DNA from: Utricularia gibba | Taxonomy: Eukaryota; Plantae; Magnoliophyta | Reading direction: 5' to 3' | NCBI GenBank assembly: GCA_002189035.1 | Contig: NEEC01000016.1 | Location: 558,001 to 622,000 of the forward strand | DNA: 64,000 nt | Part shown: piece after piece, positions 13,005 through 24,870 of the stretch | Layout: each line of letters begins with the position of its first letter | How positions within the stretch are numbered: position 1 is the first letter of the stretch | The notes under the pieces: model-generated | The model's database searches: none | What the model was told of the DNA's origin: nothing | The model's input: the letters and a program-made list of their open reading frames with translations, nothing else | Translations under genes and position numbers: made by a program

Positions 13005-16000
13005 TCAGTTTGTTTTCTTCTCTTCTTCTTGTTCTATCAGCTGTATCTTGTCGCCGGAGGATTGTTCTTCCTCCCCGCCGAACCCAAACTCATTCACTCT
13101 TTTCTTGTCCACTGGGTAGATCCATCGTTGGTATAGATAAATCAGGAATATAACATCTGCAAGAAGTTTCAAAATTTTCATTAAGAAACGAACATCTGAG
13201 GGGGAAGGAAGCACCTTTTGGTGATACTAGAAGTTTAAGAAACCTCACCATCACGGAATACAGAAAGGCGGTGAAGGATTGGCATTTTGATAACAAATGC
13301 GAAGAGATCATCGATGATGGTGTTGAGGAATTTGTATGTCATCTGCCTCCAAGGTAGGTGTGCAACAGATTTTAGCTTATAGTTGATGAAAAGCTGTGGG
13401 CACATCATGATGAAGCCTGCAAAAAAAGTTGTTTGAGACATGAAATCAGAATATTAAACGGCCTCATTGAATATGTTCATTTCAAGCTCAATGCTACCGG
13501 GGATTAAGAGAAGAGCTTTCAGATCAATACTAACCAAACATGTAGACACAGCTCGTGAGGGATGAAAGAATCCAGGAATACCAGCTCTTGTGGCGTTCAT
13601 ACTTCAGAGAGTAAATAGAGAAACAAACCGCGAGAAATAGGAGAACATATGTCAAATACTTCATAGCAAGGTCATCGTATTCCTTTGTCTTGTTCTTGGC
13701 ATATGAGTCACGGTCCCGAAACCTGAGCCTTGGTATCATGCCAGATCTATCAATCTGATGCGGGAAAAACGGTGCCCACAAGATAAGAGATGGTGTATTA
13801 CGATTCTGATCCTCAGGATTATTTAGGATCAGGTTGAACTTTAAACAATGATAGAAGCTCATACCTCGATGTGCATGGCCTTCCCTATTTTCCAGAACTC
13901 GATGCAGCAGCCAATGCCAGAACTTGCCAGTATCATCCACGAAGTTTCATTGTCAAGAAGATACAGGAACACGATTAGTTGGCAGAAGAAATTAACAACG
14001 ACAGATTTCGCTGATAGACCCTCCATTGATTTGTTTTTATTCCAGAACTGGATATCTGTAAACAATAACTTTTCAATAGCAAGCTTAAGGAACACTGATG
14101 ACCAAAAAAGGGGGATGAGTTACCATTCTTGAAGGCCAAGAAGTCGAATATCGAGTGAAGTACAGAAACAACCATAGTGACTCCTAAAAGGTAAGGATTT
14201 CCTTCCAAAAATACTCTCTGCAGGTAAGTAATAGGGTCACAAGTCCACAAAAATGATTTACACCACAATCAATCATAATGAAATTATGAACAGCTCAAAC
14301 ATATTGTGGACAAAAAACATCACAAACTTCAAATGATGGAAGGCTTTGACAAAGATGAAAAATTCACGGACAAAATACTATATATAATTCATGATTCGAA
14401 TCCAACAAAAGCATAACAGTTACGCAAGTAATTTCCATCAAATTTAAAAGCTTTGCGGATACATAAATGGCAACACAAAACCAGTAAAAAAATGTCACCT
14501 TGAGTTCATCAGCTTCCCCCTCGAGCATGCTCCCATAGCTTCTATGAATTTGGAAAGACTGGTCGATCTGGAGGAACAGCTGCCATTTTGTCATGCTAAT
14601 GGGACCGACTTCTAAATTCAGTGGCAATTCATTTACAGTCTCATTTATTGCTATTAACTTATCACGAAGCAGCCAAAATTCATTGAAGAAGATGGTCGGG
14701 TAGTAATTTCCAGTAGTTGGTTCAATGTTCAAGTCTGATAATTTGAGTTGAGGAATATGCAGAAGTAGTGAGTAAAGGCACTACCAGAAATAAACACTGG
14801 ATGCAAGAAGATAGGGTATAAGGATACAAGGGGCAATATTGGGAGGAACTGCATTCTGAGGATATCTGCAAAGAAAAGCGTATGATGATCACTTTGCCTC
14901 GAAGGCAATTTTAGAATAAAAATATGGCAGGAACTTCAAAATGAAAATCAAAGAAAACTGAATGGATAATTCTGGTACTCATCCGAAACACAACTTTTTA
15001 CCTTGAAAAATCTTCAACCAGATTAACTGTGATATTGGGCTTCCAATAAGAAATCCATTCAACTGGGCTATCTTTCTCCTCAGCTTGATCATCTTTGAAT
15101 TCCTGTATAAGAAAAGGCATCTGTCATTTAGTTTCTTGACCAAAAGCAAAGAGAAATATGAAATTCGTTAGAAATTTTTCAGCAGCATACTATTAGTGAA
15201 CAAAAAAGCATTTCATTAACTTGCATAAAAAAACAGAGAACCTCAGAGATCTTTTTATCGACAATTGAATCTTCAGTGTTTCCCAAAAGACTCTTTTTCT
15301 TGTCATTGTTTGACTTTTTCAAGTATGTCACCACGGCTACATAATATAACAAAAGTTAATTGATTTTGATAATCTACAGAGCCATCAAGAACAGAAACAC
15401 GGTTTGTGTAAGAAAGATGTATCTCACGGCGAGACCACCCAAAAGCAGACAAAGGTTGGTATTCGGGATCCCTTGGATCTGGAGGATAGCCAGACCTAGC
15501 AAAGAAAACATGGGCAAAAAGGCTTCCGTTGTTCTTTACGGCCTGTTGGAGAGAGAGCAAAAAAAATAAATGTAGAATCCAGGAACAATCACGAAACGCA
15601 CCTGTTCAAATAATGGCACTCAATGCACAGGAAACAGTACCTCAGAGGGATAATACTTCAAGGACAGAGTTCTTGTACTATCATCATTCCAGACCGCATA
15701 AGGTATATTTGTCTCATGCCAAACAAGGGCTCTTTCACTGCCAAAATCATTGAACTTCTCTTTCTCGGATAGGTATAACCACATATCCTGAAACGGAACC
15801 TAAATTCTTCAAAACATGGCAAAGAGAACAAATTTCCTTCTACAAATCTAAAATCCCTTGTACACGGACATAGTTTCACGTCAGCCTCTTGCTCTTCCAT
15901 ACAATCGGCATACACGATTCATGATATGCTACTATAAACCATAAAAGAATAAAATCCAATCACAATTTTGACCATCAAGGACCCTGCCGAAGACTGAGAA

Positions 16001-16428
16001 CAGAAGAATGATCCTCACAGCATCATTCAGATACGGAAGTCCGTCTAGGATCACATGCAAATATGCAATTTTTAATCTTCTATTCATAAAAAGTACATCT
16101 TTAGGTCTTGAACGTCATCACTCAATCGATCAACTGCGCGCAAAAATACCCACACGCACATCCCTAAAAAAATAAACGCCTCATAAAAACAATATTATCA
16201 AAAAATCACGGACCAACGTTTCCCCTTTGTGAAACAGGTTGGAGATCTGTTGAGCGGACTCATTAGGAGGAGGCCGTTTAGGTCCAATGAACTTGGATAT
16301 GAAGTACCAGAACACAGCAGCTCTGATTATACCAGTCACCATCTGCCCAAATCCCTGCTGCCGCTGCTGCGGCCTTCCTTCAACTGCGCCCCCGCCTCCG
16401 CCCCCGCCGTTGCCGCAGGGGCCTCCAT
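13005..16428 (-). CDS. CLPTM1-like membrane protein, multi-exon (apparent 1-nt frameshift in exon 1)
   Basis: QQRQQGFGQMVTGIIRAAVFWYFISKF; PTIFFNEFWLLRDK; FDFLAFKNDIQFWNKNKSMEGLS; PQLFINYKLKSVAHLPWRQMTYKFLNTIIDDLFAF; YQRWIYPVDKKRVNEFG. ATG 16428 (MEAPAATA) is one base out of frame; the next in-frame ATG is 16342. Confidence 0.92.
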
Positions 16429-17022
16429 ATCTATCCTCCGTGAAAGGATACCGAACGGCCGCCTTCCGTTTCAGTCACAACACCACCACCAAAGCCCCAG
16501 ATACGCGGTCGAGGGCAGTATCAGATCGGAAACAAGAAGAACCCTCTTTTTTTTTTCTTCTTTTTGTATCATATTCCTCCCAATATCCTTTTTAAATAAT
16601 TTATTTATTAGTATTTATTTAATTATTGGTCACATTTTTAATGCTTATTTACCATTTTACCCACCAATTATTCAAAATTTCCAGAAAATACTCAGGTGGG
16701 CCAGAAGCTTTAACGTATCGGGTACTGCACATTAAAAAAAAAAGAAAAAAGAATGTATTATATGGAGAGATTGTACGAAAGAGCCCTTGTAAATTTCCCA
16801 AACCTAATTTCTCCCTCGCGAACCCTAACAGTTTCCGTCTGTCCGCCTTTTCCGCTTCTTCTTCGTCTTCTTCATCTCTCCCTCCCCAGGCCGTTGTATC
16901 TCTGTATCTTCGTACATCTCTCTCCTTGACGATTTCTTTTTTTTTCTCATCTACATATCGGCCAGATCTGAGAGGAAGGGTGCAGGTTAGGACTCCACGC
17001 GCCGAGATCTGAGTCCCGGAGG

Positions 17023-19807
17023 ATGATGGTTCATGGCAGACCATCTAAGAGACTGGTGAAAAGGCGCGTGACCGCCGAGCTCACCGATTTCCTGACGTTT
17101 CCGGCCGAGAGCGATTTGGAATCGTACCCCGGGGTCGCCAAGCCGTTCAGAATTAAAGTTTCGAGTTTCCTTGCGAAGCACGCGCTCGCGCCTCCGCCTT
17201 CGTCTCTGTTCCCTCATCTTGTCGTTTGGCAGATCCCCTTCCGAGTCGGAGACGACGGCGGCCCGCCGTTTGCCTCGACGTCGTAGAGGAGGACGTCGCC
17301 AGATCCAGATCTCCGTACTGCGATCAGTGTCGCGTCGTTGGTGAGTTTCTTGAAACGCAAGAGGCCGCCGCCTTACTTCCTTTTTCTTTTTTTCCCTCTC
17401 AAGAAAAAAAATTAAAAAATGATTTAATTTATTAATATCTAAATAGAACGTGTAGATCAACGGTACTTTTGAAATTATTGGTATGCGGACCCCACGTTTA
17501 TCTATAATTAGAAAAACAAGAAGTCGTACAGCTTTTGCGATTCCCGATATTTCTTTTCCTTCTTTTGTACGAGTTAGAAATAAAATAATCTTGTTGCGTC
17601 GTGTACGGTGACGAGTTTGTTGCCACGTGGATTCATCATTTATGTGTTACTCGCTTTCTTAATGTCGAAGTCTTGAAGGCGCGGCTTGTTTGTGGGGGCC
17701 CTTGTCATCAATTCTTTTGGTTTTCCCTCCAGAATTTGGTTAGACTTCTTTACTGTTTGCAGGTTGGAGTGGTAATCCAGTGAGTGCGAAACGGTACCAT
17801 TTCATAATCAAGTCAGATGGAGATCCAATCGCGGGGTGTAACAAGCCTTGTGCCGGATGTGGGGATGCAGTTAATATGGGCGATCCCAGGTGGGAATTTG
17901 ATTTTGTTCTTTTCTGTGTAATTTGGTAAACGGGTTCTTGGATTATTATGTTATTCGTTGGTTGGATGATGTTCTTATTCAGTGGTTAATGATGTAGGTG
18001 CAAGACGTGCAACCATTTGATGACTGCTGAAGATGTTGAAGATTGGATCTATCAGCAGCTAGAGAGTACAAGCCATCTGTTGCATGGTGTGATCCATCTC
18101 AATGGGTATGGGCATCTTCTCAGAGTCAACGGTAGAGAGGGTGGATCCAGGATTCTCTCCGGGCGACAAATCATCAACTTTTGGGATCGCCTTTGCGATG
18201 TTTTGGGTGCTAGGTGAGAGCGATGGCGAACTGGGTTTCTTCACTCTTCGGTTTTCTTGGTATTACAAATTGATGTTGACTTGGGTTTATTGAATTCCAT
18301 TAATGAACAGGAAGGTCAGTGTGATGGATGTGTCGAAGAAAAATGGGATGGACTTTCGTTTGCTTCATGCGGTCATTAAAGGCCATCCCTGGTACGGAGA
18401 ATGGGGCTACAAGTTTGGTGCTGGTAGTTTTTCTAGAACGCTGGATGACTACAATGCTGCTGTAGCCAACCTTTCATCGATGCCACTGTCGTCCTTTAGA
18501 TCGCAAGGAAGGAAAGTTCGTTCCCGATTACATGATTTGATCTCGTTCTATCAGTCTATATCAGATCACGATCTTACAACACTTCGGGACATTTTCTCTT
18601 TCATGGTTGGTTTGATTCAAGAAAATTTCCAACCCCCGCTTAAGGCGGATGAGCATCCTTGCAAGAAGCTTAAAGCTTCTGGCTCCAAGACATTGAGTTC
18701 TTGGACTGCCGATGAAAAAAGGCATGTTGAGGATGCCATGTTCAAGGTCTTGCGTGCTGTTAGTGGGTCCACCTGGATTAGTTGGCGTGCTCTTAAAGGT
18801 GCCGTTTGCAGAGCAGGGTCTCCCGAGCTCCTGGATCACTGCCTCAGGGAATTGCATGGTAAAGAGGCAGCTCCAGGGCTGGTGGTCAGAACTCGTGTGC
18901 CTTCTGGTGGCACCGAGTACAGGTTAGGACACTTAACCTTTTTCTCTACCTCTGCTCAAGTCATTCGATAGCAATGCATTTATTCTGACTGATAATTTGC
19001 TCCAGACTTGAGCCAGGAAGTGCAACCATTCAGACCAACACCTCCACTAAAACATTGCCAATGACAAGCTACCTGTCGGAAAAGCGTCTTTTGCAAGACC
19101 TCAAGTATTTTTATGAGTGCATGCTGCATCCAGAAACCATGGTATCTCATGTTGCCCCAGCATATTTGAACCCGGCGGTTAACTCGGCTACAACCATAGT
19201 TGACTGCAAGCAGTTCGTAAAGGACTACCAGCCCAGGGATCAGTTTCTGAGCTCCAGGGACACCACTGTGAATGTCCTCTGTGAGGTGGACCTCATGGAA
19301 CAACCCGGAGACTTCACCCACAACCCCCCACCGGAAATACTGGTGCTCTCACCGGATGCCACAATCGCCGACCTCAAGTCGGAAGCAACCAGAGCCTTCC
19401 AAGAAGTGTACCTGATTTTTAGGAGGTTCCAAACCGAAGAGCTGGTAGGATACAATGGCGTCGATGAATCCACTCAGCTCAAGCTCCTATTCGGCTCGTC
19501 GGAGTTCGTCCGAGTCCGAGGGAAGTTCCTGGGGAAGAATGCCCTCGGCAAGTATCGAATGGAAAGGGGAGTCGAGAGGTGGATCGTCGACTGCCTCTGC
19601 GGAGCCAAGGACGACGATGGTGAACGAATGCTGGCATGCGACGTCTGCAGCGTGTGGCAGCACACTCGCTGCTCCGGCATCCCTGACTCAGAAGCTGTTC
19701 CGGTGAAGTTCTCCTGCCACCGCTGCCGGACTTGGAAAAGCTACAACCGATGCGCCGGACCCGAACCTCACCGCACTCATTCCGAAGCGCAGCTGCCGCT
19801 GCTCTAG
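17023..19807 (+). CDS. PHD-finger protein of the MMD1/MS1/At1g33420 family (1-nt frameshift in exon 1)
   Basis: LDVVEEDVARSRSPYCDQCRVVGW; THLLHGVIH-type motif HLLHGVIHLNGYGHLLRVNGREGG; C-terminal WIVDCLCGAKDDDGERMLACDVCSVWQHTRC PHD finger. Frame break at 17262-17264. Confidence 0.9.
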
Positions 19808-20388
19808 TCTCTTGTACCCAACCCTCCAATGTACATGCGTTTTAGCCTTTCAGAGACTCTCCCATCTCCGCGTCTCTCGCCTTTCGCTAGAGAGAGCCCA
19901 GCCCAGCCCGTGTACAGTGATTTTGTATGGCACGTGTAGAAAAAAGAAATGAATTAAGCAGATTCATTCAGTTTTTTGGAAAAAATTATTTTTATTTTTA
20001 GAAAAAGGAAAAAATAATATTTTTTGTTTTATTTAAATACAAATAATTTAATAAAATTTTATATCACATATCGTTTATTTGACGACTGAAGAACAGCGGA
20101 GAAACTGCAGGGGACTACTGAAACTGGAAACTACAAAACTGATGATGAGGTGAAGCCAGAGGAGACAAATCGATGCAGCTCTGGAGGCAGAGGATTCCAT
20201 CCAGTGTGATAACTAACACATGTACAGGGGGGAGTTGGAAATCAGGCAATCAGAGGACCTTGATCAAGGCTTCGCAGGGGCTGCGTTGTGCTTCGGCGCA
20301 CGATCATGCACGAGGAGTGTAGAATTATTGCTGAAGCTCAAGTGTGGAGTCTGGTAATCCCATTGCTTGGCTGATCTCTCATCTCTCA

Positions 20389-23004
20389 CTATTCGATCTC
20401 CTCAGAAACGGGTGGAAGCATGGCTGCGCCTTCTTTGATGAACGCGGGGTCTAGAAATTTGGCGACGAAAGCCCAGAGCTTGTACACATCCTCAAAGTTG
20501 GTCAAGAATCCGAAGGATGCTGTAACGACCTCCACTCTGATGAACCCATTTCTGCTATCCGGCATCGGCTTGCAGAGAGTGGTGTCGTCTAGACTAGAAG
20601 GCCTGTGCTTGGCGCTGTCAAGTATCTGTATGTGGCTCATTATTCCGACGCCAATTGAAATCCCATGAGTCTCGGCAAGTTTCTGGACGATTTCAGGGCT
20701 GATCAGGCCGCGGTTCTGGTCCCTGAGATTGAAAGCCACTGCTGAACCTCTTTCGTACTTGATTTTGGGGCCGTATATGTGGACTAGCGGCGCCCCTGAA
20801 CCGGGTATTCTCAGTTGCAGCAAAGATGTTACAAGCCAGTTCAGCAAGAACCGTAGCCGAGAAGTGGTCTTGTTGAGGCCGAGCATGTTGACATGATCAA
20901 GATGCCTGCAGGTTATCTCTGGTTCGCCCCTGTCCGAGTCCTGATCTTCCCCTTGTTCCCCGTTTCTCATGTAGTCTTCTTCTTCTTCTGGACTCGCTGC
21001 AGCAGATAAGTCTGCAGCCTCCAGGGGTGGGATCTGAGGGACTCTGCCACTGTATTCGGTACTAAACGACACCCTTCTTCCATTCCTCCCCGACTGCTCA
21101 GCCTCTTCTAACCCATCAATTCTACTCCTTTCTCGTCTTTCTAGTAGCCTGAAGTCACCTTCTGTCTCCCGTCTTATTGCGCTTTCCTTTTCCATATGAA
21201 CAGCAGGAGCAGTTCTTTGGAAAGTCCTGGATACTGTGGCAGCAGAATTTGCATCTGTTTCAATCTCTTGAAATTTTTCAAGTTCCTGAGAATCCAATTG
21301 AGTTGGATGGTGATTTCCATTGCACCGAGGCTTCAGCTCCTCGTTGTGCATTGAGCTGGTCGGTATCGCAGGCTTCAGTTTATTTTGTTTCCTTCTACCA
21401 AACCAAGCTGGCGGCTGCGGGGACGGGGTGCCGAGCTGGTTTGAGCGGCCAGCGCCGTCTTCAGATCTCAGAGGACTCTGTCCCAAATCAATCCAGAGTG
21501 AGTTATCAGATGACTCTTCACTGAAGACCGGGCTTTTCATGGCTTCTCCAACAGAAATACTTTCAGCTTCCTCAAAAATGGTACTCGTCTCATCCCTATC
21601 AGAATAGTTATCATCATGCACCATTTCTGCTTCAAATACGTCCCTCACCTGAGCAGAAGTATATGCACCAGAGAATGCAGGCAGCTGCGACGCCGGCCGA
21701 GTTACCGGCGTTTCGTCATTGTTTCCATCTTCTTGCTCACCAAAAACAGGGAAATTGTCCATGGAATCACTGAAGTACATAGGAAAAACAGGCCTTATTT
21801 TGACTATACCTGAACCAGCATGGCCTGACTGGTTTTGGAGGATTCCAATCACTGATCTCTTGATCAGTAAGCAACCGAATCCAGTCGGATCAAACCCGAA
21901 AACTCGATAAAACGAGGTGATGATGAAATCTGGCCGGAACAGGGATAAACCAAGAGCATCCATGTCCTTAGGACCCAATGCCCCAGCATCAAGCAAAACA
22001 TGCCAATTGTTCTGTTGAGCCAGGGCCATCCACTGGTATGAGTACTTTGAGCCTGTAACTCGAGACTGCACAGGGAAAACAAAAAGCCCTGTTGCAGAAC
22101 CTTTCTTCTTTCTCCTCTTCTTGGTCAAAAGCTGCTTCCTTAAATCAGCAGAGCAAAGTTTCAAAGTGGGCCATTTGAACCATGCACTTTGAACCTTGGC
22201 ACCTTTCTCTCTAGCCCTCTGAGACATCCAGCTGATGGACTGGCTCTCATGATCGAACATGGTTACCAGTCTCTTGTTCATATGAAAAGGGTATGATTCA
22301 GACAAAAGCTTAAAGGCCGAGCCACGGCTAACTGTGAAAACAAGAGCATATTCATTCTCAGGGATGTTCAAGTAATCCATTATCCTCATCTTTATATCAT
22401 GCTCTACTGTGCCTACCTCAGCTCCACCATACAGAGCATGATTCGTCAGATTGGTTGTAATCTCAGATAGGCTAAATGTAGATGATTCCCAGTGATGCAC
22501 TGTTTGCAGAAAGGAGAACAACCCGAATCCACAGTAATCAAGGCATGCTCTAGAACCAGCACCAGAGAGGTGGGAGTACTCATCTGACCTCAGAAGATCA
22601 ATCCTCTCGGACAAATGATAGCCTGGATACATAGATATAAACTTGGAGAATGCTTCGTCGAATCGTGGGATCGAATACGCCGACTCGAATACTTGCTCAG
22701 CAGCAAGAGCAGTGGCTCGGAGGAAATCACTCTCAGCATTTGACCGGGTGGTGGATTGTGGTTGTCCTCCTGAACCATTACCTTCTTGTAGCTCAGAATC
22801 CAGTTCCTCGGACTTAGCAAGTGAGCCATCATTTGAAGATTCTTCAAGAGCCAATCTCAGCTTGTGTTTTTGCCGTTTCTTCTGGATAGATGGACTGCTT
22901 TTTGTTTCCTCGGATGAACGTTCAGAACCATATCTGGTTCTGTTCTTCTTGCTCAGAATCAGAGCAGCACATTGAGATAATGGCTTCCAAAGAGAGAGAT
23001 GCAT
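20389..23004 (-). CDS. Molybdenum cofactor sulfurase-like PLP-dependent transferase-fold protein, single exon
   Basis: MHLSLWKPLSQCAALI; CLDYCGFGLFS; GLFVFPVQSRVTG; HVLLDAGALGPKDMD; PDFIITSFYRVFGFDPTGFG; EVVTASFGFLTNFEDVYKLWAFVAKFL. Uninterrupted ORF from ATG 23004. Confidence 0.88.
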   Translation of the reverse strand: MHLSLWKPLSQCAALILSKKNRTRYGSERSSEETKSSPSIQKKRQKHKLRLALEESSNDGSLAKSEELDSELQEGNGSGGQPQSTTRSNAESDFLRATALAAEQVFESAYSIPRFDEAFSKFISMYPGYHLSERIDLLRSDEYSHLSGAGSRACLDYCGFGLFSFLQTVHHWESSTFSLSEITTNLTNHALYGGAEVGTVEHDIKMRIMDYLNIPENEYALVFTVSRGSAFKLLSESYPFHMNKRLVTMFDHESQSISWMSQRAREKGAKVQSAWFKWPTLKLCSADLRKQLLTKKRRKKKGSATGLFVFPVQSRVTGSKYSYQWMALAQQNNWHVLLDAGALGPKDMDALGLSLFRPDFIITSFYRVFGFDPTGFGCLLIKRSVIGILQNQSGHAGSGIVKIRPVFPMYFSDSMDNFPVFGEQEDGNNDETPVTRPASQLPAFSGAYTSAQVRDVFEAEMVHDDNYSDRDETSTIFEEAESISVGEAMKSPVFSEESSDNSLWIDLGQSPLRSEDGAGRSNQLGTPSPQPPAWFGRRKQNKLKPAIPTSSMHNEELKPRCNGNHHPTQLDSQELEKFQEIETDANSAATVSRTFQRTAPAVHMEKESAIRRETEGDFRLLERRERSRIDGLEEAEQSGRNGRRVSFSTEYSGRVPQIPPLEAADLSAAASPEEEEDYMRNGEQGEDQDSDRGEPEITCRHLDHVNMLGLNKTTSRLRFLLNWLVTSLLQLRIPGSGAPLVHIYGPKIKYERGSAVAFNLRDQNRGLISPEIVQKLAETHGISIGVGIMSHIQILDSAKHRPSSLDDTTLCKPMPDSRNGFIRVEVVTASFGFLTNFEDVYKLWAFVAKFLDPAFIKEGAAMLPPVSEEIE

Positions 23005-24861
23005 TAAAAAGACTTGAATAGGAAATCTGAGAAAGATGAGGATACCAAGCAAAACAAGAGAAAGCCGAGGGCTTGATTTCAGGGGGTTAGCGCATCAATC
23101 CAAACCTTTAATCCCAAAAAAGCACGATAAGCCAAAGCTAGAAAAAAGCTTCCTCCGAATAAGCCTTTGCTTTAAGTAACACAAAGACTGTGTCGTAAGG
23201 AGGGAAAAGAGGATATCATTTGATTTAAACGCACAAGAAAGGAGCTCTTGTCCAATGAAATGAAATATGTGGACAGATGAATCAATCAAATACTCAACAC
23301 CAATTGAAAGAGATCATGAGCTTGACATGAGGGAGGAAAAAATGGGTTACCAGCAAATGCCCACAAAAAGGAGATCCCAAAAAGAACCAAGATTCTCAAC
23401 ATTAACCCAGGCTTGGAGCATCCCAGATCAGAACAAAACCTGGAAAGCACAATTAGATGCGGATGACCATGAAACAGCAACCCAAATCATCATGCAGTGA
23501 TGACAAACTTCTCAGAATCCAAACCAAGTGTTGCCAAAAAAGAGCTGCTTTTCTTCCTACTTGGAATAACCTGAAAGAGCAATCAGCGCCTCTTTCAGCG
23601 AGCAAGCGCCATTCAAGCAATGCAGATCTTTGCTCAACAAGTGAATCCAAAAGCATTCCCAATTGTCATTAGAATTATCAGATCTGTCCAGCTCTTTTAC
23701 ACTCTACTACACTCCCCATTGCCATTTGAATGATCAGATCTGCACACTTTTCTCACTCGCTACCATTTCGTCTCTCCCCAGTCCCCACCCTTGGTGTTGA
23801 GCGATCCAACCAAGGCGAATGGGTTACTGAAGGAGTTTGAGATACAACTAAACCTGGACCCAATCCGCCATTTACGCCCTCCACAACAAACAATTAAAAG
23901 AAGCAGGGTTGGACTTCCAAAGAAACACCACCAACAAACGTTTACTTTTATCGATTTCTCCGAAAAGCCCGAGATCGCAACCTCTCAAATGAACCCCTAC
24001 TGTGACAACTCCAGTTCAAAACACCCAAGATTTACCTCATACTTCCAGAAGCCAACACCGCACTGCACCATTCATTTTGCGTCACCCAAAACCCTGAGAT
24101 TGTGTTCCACGTTTACTACCTGCCTTGGATTACTAGTGATCTTTTTTCGGCTTTATATTTTACATGAAAGATTCGTTTTTTACAATCACAACAACCTATG
24201 AAAGACAAGCTCTACAAGATAATCAAATTCCTAGAGCTGTCTAATGATCGTTGGATTGAATTAAACTTAATTTGGACAACAAACTTTGCTTAGCCCGCCA
24301 CAGAACAAAAAATGTCGACGATGTCCCTTTCAGTTTTCTTCCAGTCGCATCTGGGCTACCCAGATATTTAATGCTCCCATTAAATGCAGCTGTCTGCCAT
24401 GTTTGTTCGCTTACACCGTACCGAGTTATACCATCTTCTCTGGTCTGCCCTGAAACTCAGGTCCAATGCACCCATTAAATATCTATAAACGAAACCCATT
24501 TCCATGTACTGATTCAAAATTTGAACTTCAATTCCAAGGATGACGTGAAGCAGAAGATGGATGATGATGTAATCCCTTTTGCCTTCAGCTTTAATGCCTC
24601 TTCTTCGTCTTCTTCGTGTTAGAAAACCTGGAGTTTTGATTTTGACGAAAGTGAGCGGTCAAAAGACAAAAAAGTACCGGAGTTGATGGTAATTTCACAT
24701 GTGCAAGTTGCAGCCTACACGCAATCAACAATTAAATATGAGTATTTTTTAATAATGGAAAATAAATTACGAATTTCCGAAAATAAACCTTTCTCGAACA
24801 TCTAAAAATAGAAAGTGTCACCCAATTCTTCTGCGCCATTTTTGTCGCTCGCCGTCGTAGT

Positions 24862-24870
24862 TTAGGGTTT
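24862..24870 (-). promoter_or_regulatory. Telo-box (AAACCCTAA on minus strand)
   Basis: TTAGGGTTT on the + strand at the start of a GC-richer, transcript-like segment. Confidence 0.45.

Noticed and set aside
24862-24870. Interstitial telomere
   Set aside because: Single copy only; treated as a telo-box.
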